Below, one piece after another: positions 6,728 through 7,903 of a stretch of 7,903 nucleotides of DNA (its first letter is position 1; every line of letters starts with the position of its first letter). The stretch lies in IMG/VR virus record IMGVR_UViG_2703718674_000012; one strand, 5' to 3'. Below the pieces are notes generated by a model. That model saw nothing but the letters and a program-made list of their open reading frames with translations. It had not been told where the DNA came from and did no database searches. Source of the stretch: a virus (taxonomy: Duplodnaviria > Heunggongvirae > Uroviricota > Caudoviricetes). Position numbers and translations under genes: made by a program.

Positions 6728-6938
6728 TGAAATAGTTAACGCGAATTGTACTTGCTCTTTCGGTTGCTTTCAGAATACGCGTTGAAACTGCTGGCGGTAA
6801 TTTGGTATTCCATTTATTAAAATCATGCCCGGGAAAGTACTCTTCGAAAATACTTTTAACTGCAGACTCGCCTATTGAAATGCTGCTTACCATGCGATTT
6901 TGATAAAGGCATTTAGCAATAAGAGTTGATTTTAACAT
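6705..6938 (-). CDS. Hypothetical small protein encoded antisense to the dicB-operon transcript, convergent with the 6320-6727 gene
   Basis: 77-aa ORF with strong RBS AGGAGG 4-5 nt upstream of ATG at 6938. It occupies a stretch (6728-6938) that has no plus-strand ORF. Hydrophilic and lysine-rich, with no signal peptide or TM segment evident. No family recognised. Confidence 0.5.
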   Translation of the reverse strand: MLKSTLIAKCLYQNRMVSSISIGESAVKSIFEEYFPGHDFNKWNTKLPPAVSTRILKATERASTIRVNYFIKDLWDL

Positions 6939-7271
6939 TCACCCTCCTGAGGGTTGGTAATTAAGGAGTTCTCCACGGGTGAAGTGGAGTGCGTGCGCCG
7001 GACACGGGTGAACATCCGGCACTGACAGTTTACTGAAAGGATATTTCTCTGAAAAGTCAGAGCATAACGCGAAAGCGCACGGCGAGGTTGCTGGTTCATA
7101 GATAGCCTGTCGTTAAATTTTCGTCGACCGTGCGCTTCCGGTTGTGGCACTCCGCGAAATGGCGCAGCGGTAAGTATGGCGGGGTTATTCCTTCCCCGTT
7201 GAGGACACCGGGTTGTCAGGTTGACCATACGCTTAAGTGACAACCCCGCTGCAACGCCCTCTGTTATCAAT

Positions 7272-7327
7272 TTTCTGGTGACGTTTGGCGGCATCTGTTT
7301 GCCCATGAACTGATGTCCGCCCTTTTT
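7272..7327 (+). ncRNA. dicF: DicF small RNA (Hfq-dependent cell-division inhibitor sRNA) with its intrinsic terminator
   Basis: 5' TTTCTGGTGACGTTTGGCGG matches the K-12 DicF 5' region as I recall it. Terminator stem GGCGGCAT / ATGTCCGCC (about 7287-7321) followed by TTTTT at 7323-7327. Located about 145 nt upstream of the dicB core, as in Qin. Confidence 0.75.
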
Positions 7328-7391
7328 AAAGTGAATTTTGTGATGCAGTGAATGCGGCTAAGCGCACGCGGAACAGTTAAAGCTAAAAACA

Positions 7392-7658
7392 GTGTTATGG
7401 GTGGATTCTCTGTATCCGGCGTTAATTGTTAACTGGTTAACGTCACCTGGAGGCACCAGGCACCGCATCACAAAATTCATTGTTGAGGAAATTAATACGT
7501 CTGAAGGTTGTTTTGAAATTGGTGTCACTATCAGTAACCCTGTATTTACTGAAGATGCCATTAACAAGAGAAAACACGAACGGGAGTTATTAAATAAAAT
7601 ATGCATTCTTTCAATGCTGGCCCGTTTACGTCCGATACAAAAAGGATGCTGGCAATGA
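7392..7658 (+). CDS. dicB: DicB cell-division inhibitor; start codon uncertain (conserved core from about 7491, only GTG 7392 or 7401 in frame)
   Basis: Core NTSEGCFEIGVTISNPVFTEDAINKRKHERELLNKICILSMLARLRPIQKGC matches K-12 DicB as I recall it. No in-frame ATG between the upstream stop (7359-7361) and the core. Stop TGA 7656-7658 overlaps the ydfD ATG (ATGA). Confidence 0.75.
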   Translation: MLWVDSLYPALIVNWLTSPGGTRHRITKFIVEEINTSEGCFEIGVTISNPVFTEDAINKRKHERELLNKICILSMLARLRPIQKGCWQ

Positions 7659-7846
7659 ATACAGCATTTGCACTTGTTCTGACAGTTTTTCTTGTTTCCG
7701 GAGAGCCAGTTGATATTGCAGTCAGTGTTCACAGGACAATGCAGGAGTGTGTGACTGCAGCAACCGAACAGAAAATTCCCGGTAACTGTTACCCTGTCGA
7801 TAAAGTTATTCACCAGGATAATAACGAAATCCCGGCAGGTCTTTAA
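7655..7846 (+). CDS. ydfD: YdfD-like small protein (described in the literature as a lysis protein in K-12 Qin)
   Basis: 63-aa ORF starting at the ATG within ATGA, overlapping the dicB stop. MNTAFALVLTVFLVSGEPVDIAVSVHRTMQEC...PGNCYPVDKVIHQDNNEIPAGL matches K-12 YdfD as I recall it, with identical length. Confidence 0.8.
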   Translation: MNTAFALVLTVFLVSGEPVDIAVSVHRTMQECVTAATEQKIPGNCYPVDKVIHQDNNEIPAGL

Positions 7847-7903
7847 AACAGTTCCGTAATAAACATCCGATTTCATTCTTATATGCCAGCAATGGCAGGG
7901 ATT

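Noticed and set aside
6939-7271. Retron msr/msd or tRNA-like gene in the GC-rich leader
   Set aside because: No reverse transcriptase gene adjacent, no tRNA cloverleaf or T-loop motif; more simply explained as the DicF precursor leader.
6932-7306. Minus-strand 124-aa ORF across the DicF leader
   Set aside because: Starts antisense inside DicF, has no RBS, and is extremely Arg/Pro-rich; it looks like an artefact of a GC-rich structured region.
7601-7846. 81-aa form of the ydfD ORF starting at ATG 7601
   Set aside because: The extra 18 N-terminal residues overlap the dicB C-terminus out of frame; the ATG at 7655 gives the expected 63-aa protein with ATGA coupling to dicB.
7358-7876. Minus-strand 172-aa ORF
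   Set aside because: Antisense to dicB and ydfD, both of which match recalled proteins; Cys/Asn-rich translation of no recognisable type.

Overview
This window reads as the immunity and replication core of a lambdoid prophage of the E. coli Qin/DicB type, apparently partly decayed, with an AT-rich solitary periplasmic binding-protein gene at its left edge. All identifications are by eye and from memory of known protein and RNA sequences; no database search was run. Minus strand, right to left: dicC (cro-like), a YdaT-like protein in the CII position, an O-like replication initiator split by a frameshift at a C6 tract and carrying an iteron origin, a lambda-P-like helicase loader, a winged-helix gene with an in-frame amber codon, and degraded ORF fragments. 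Plus strand: dicA (cI-like), a candidate promoter/operator, a hypothetical ORF at the ydfA/ydfB position, a ydfC-like gene, two unrecognisable convergent genes in an AT-rich segment, a structured GC-rich leader, DicF sRNA, dicB (no canonical start) and ydfD. The best candidate for an undescribed system is the convergent gene pair at 6320-6938, sitting between ydfC and DicF.
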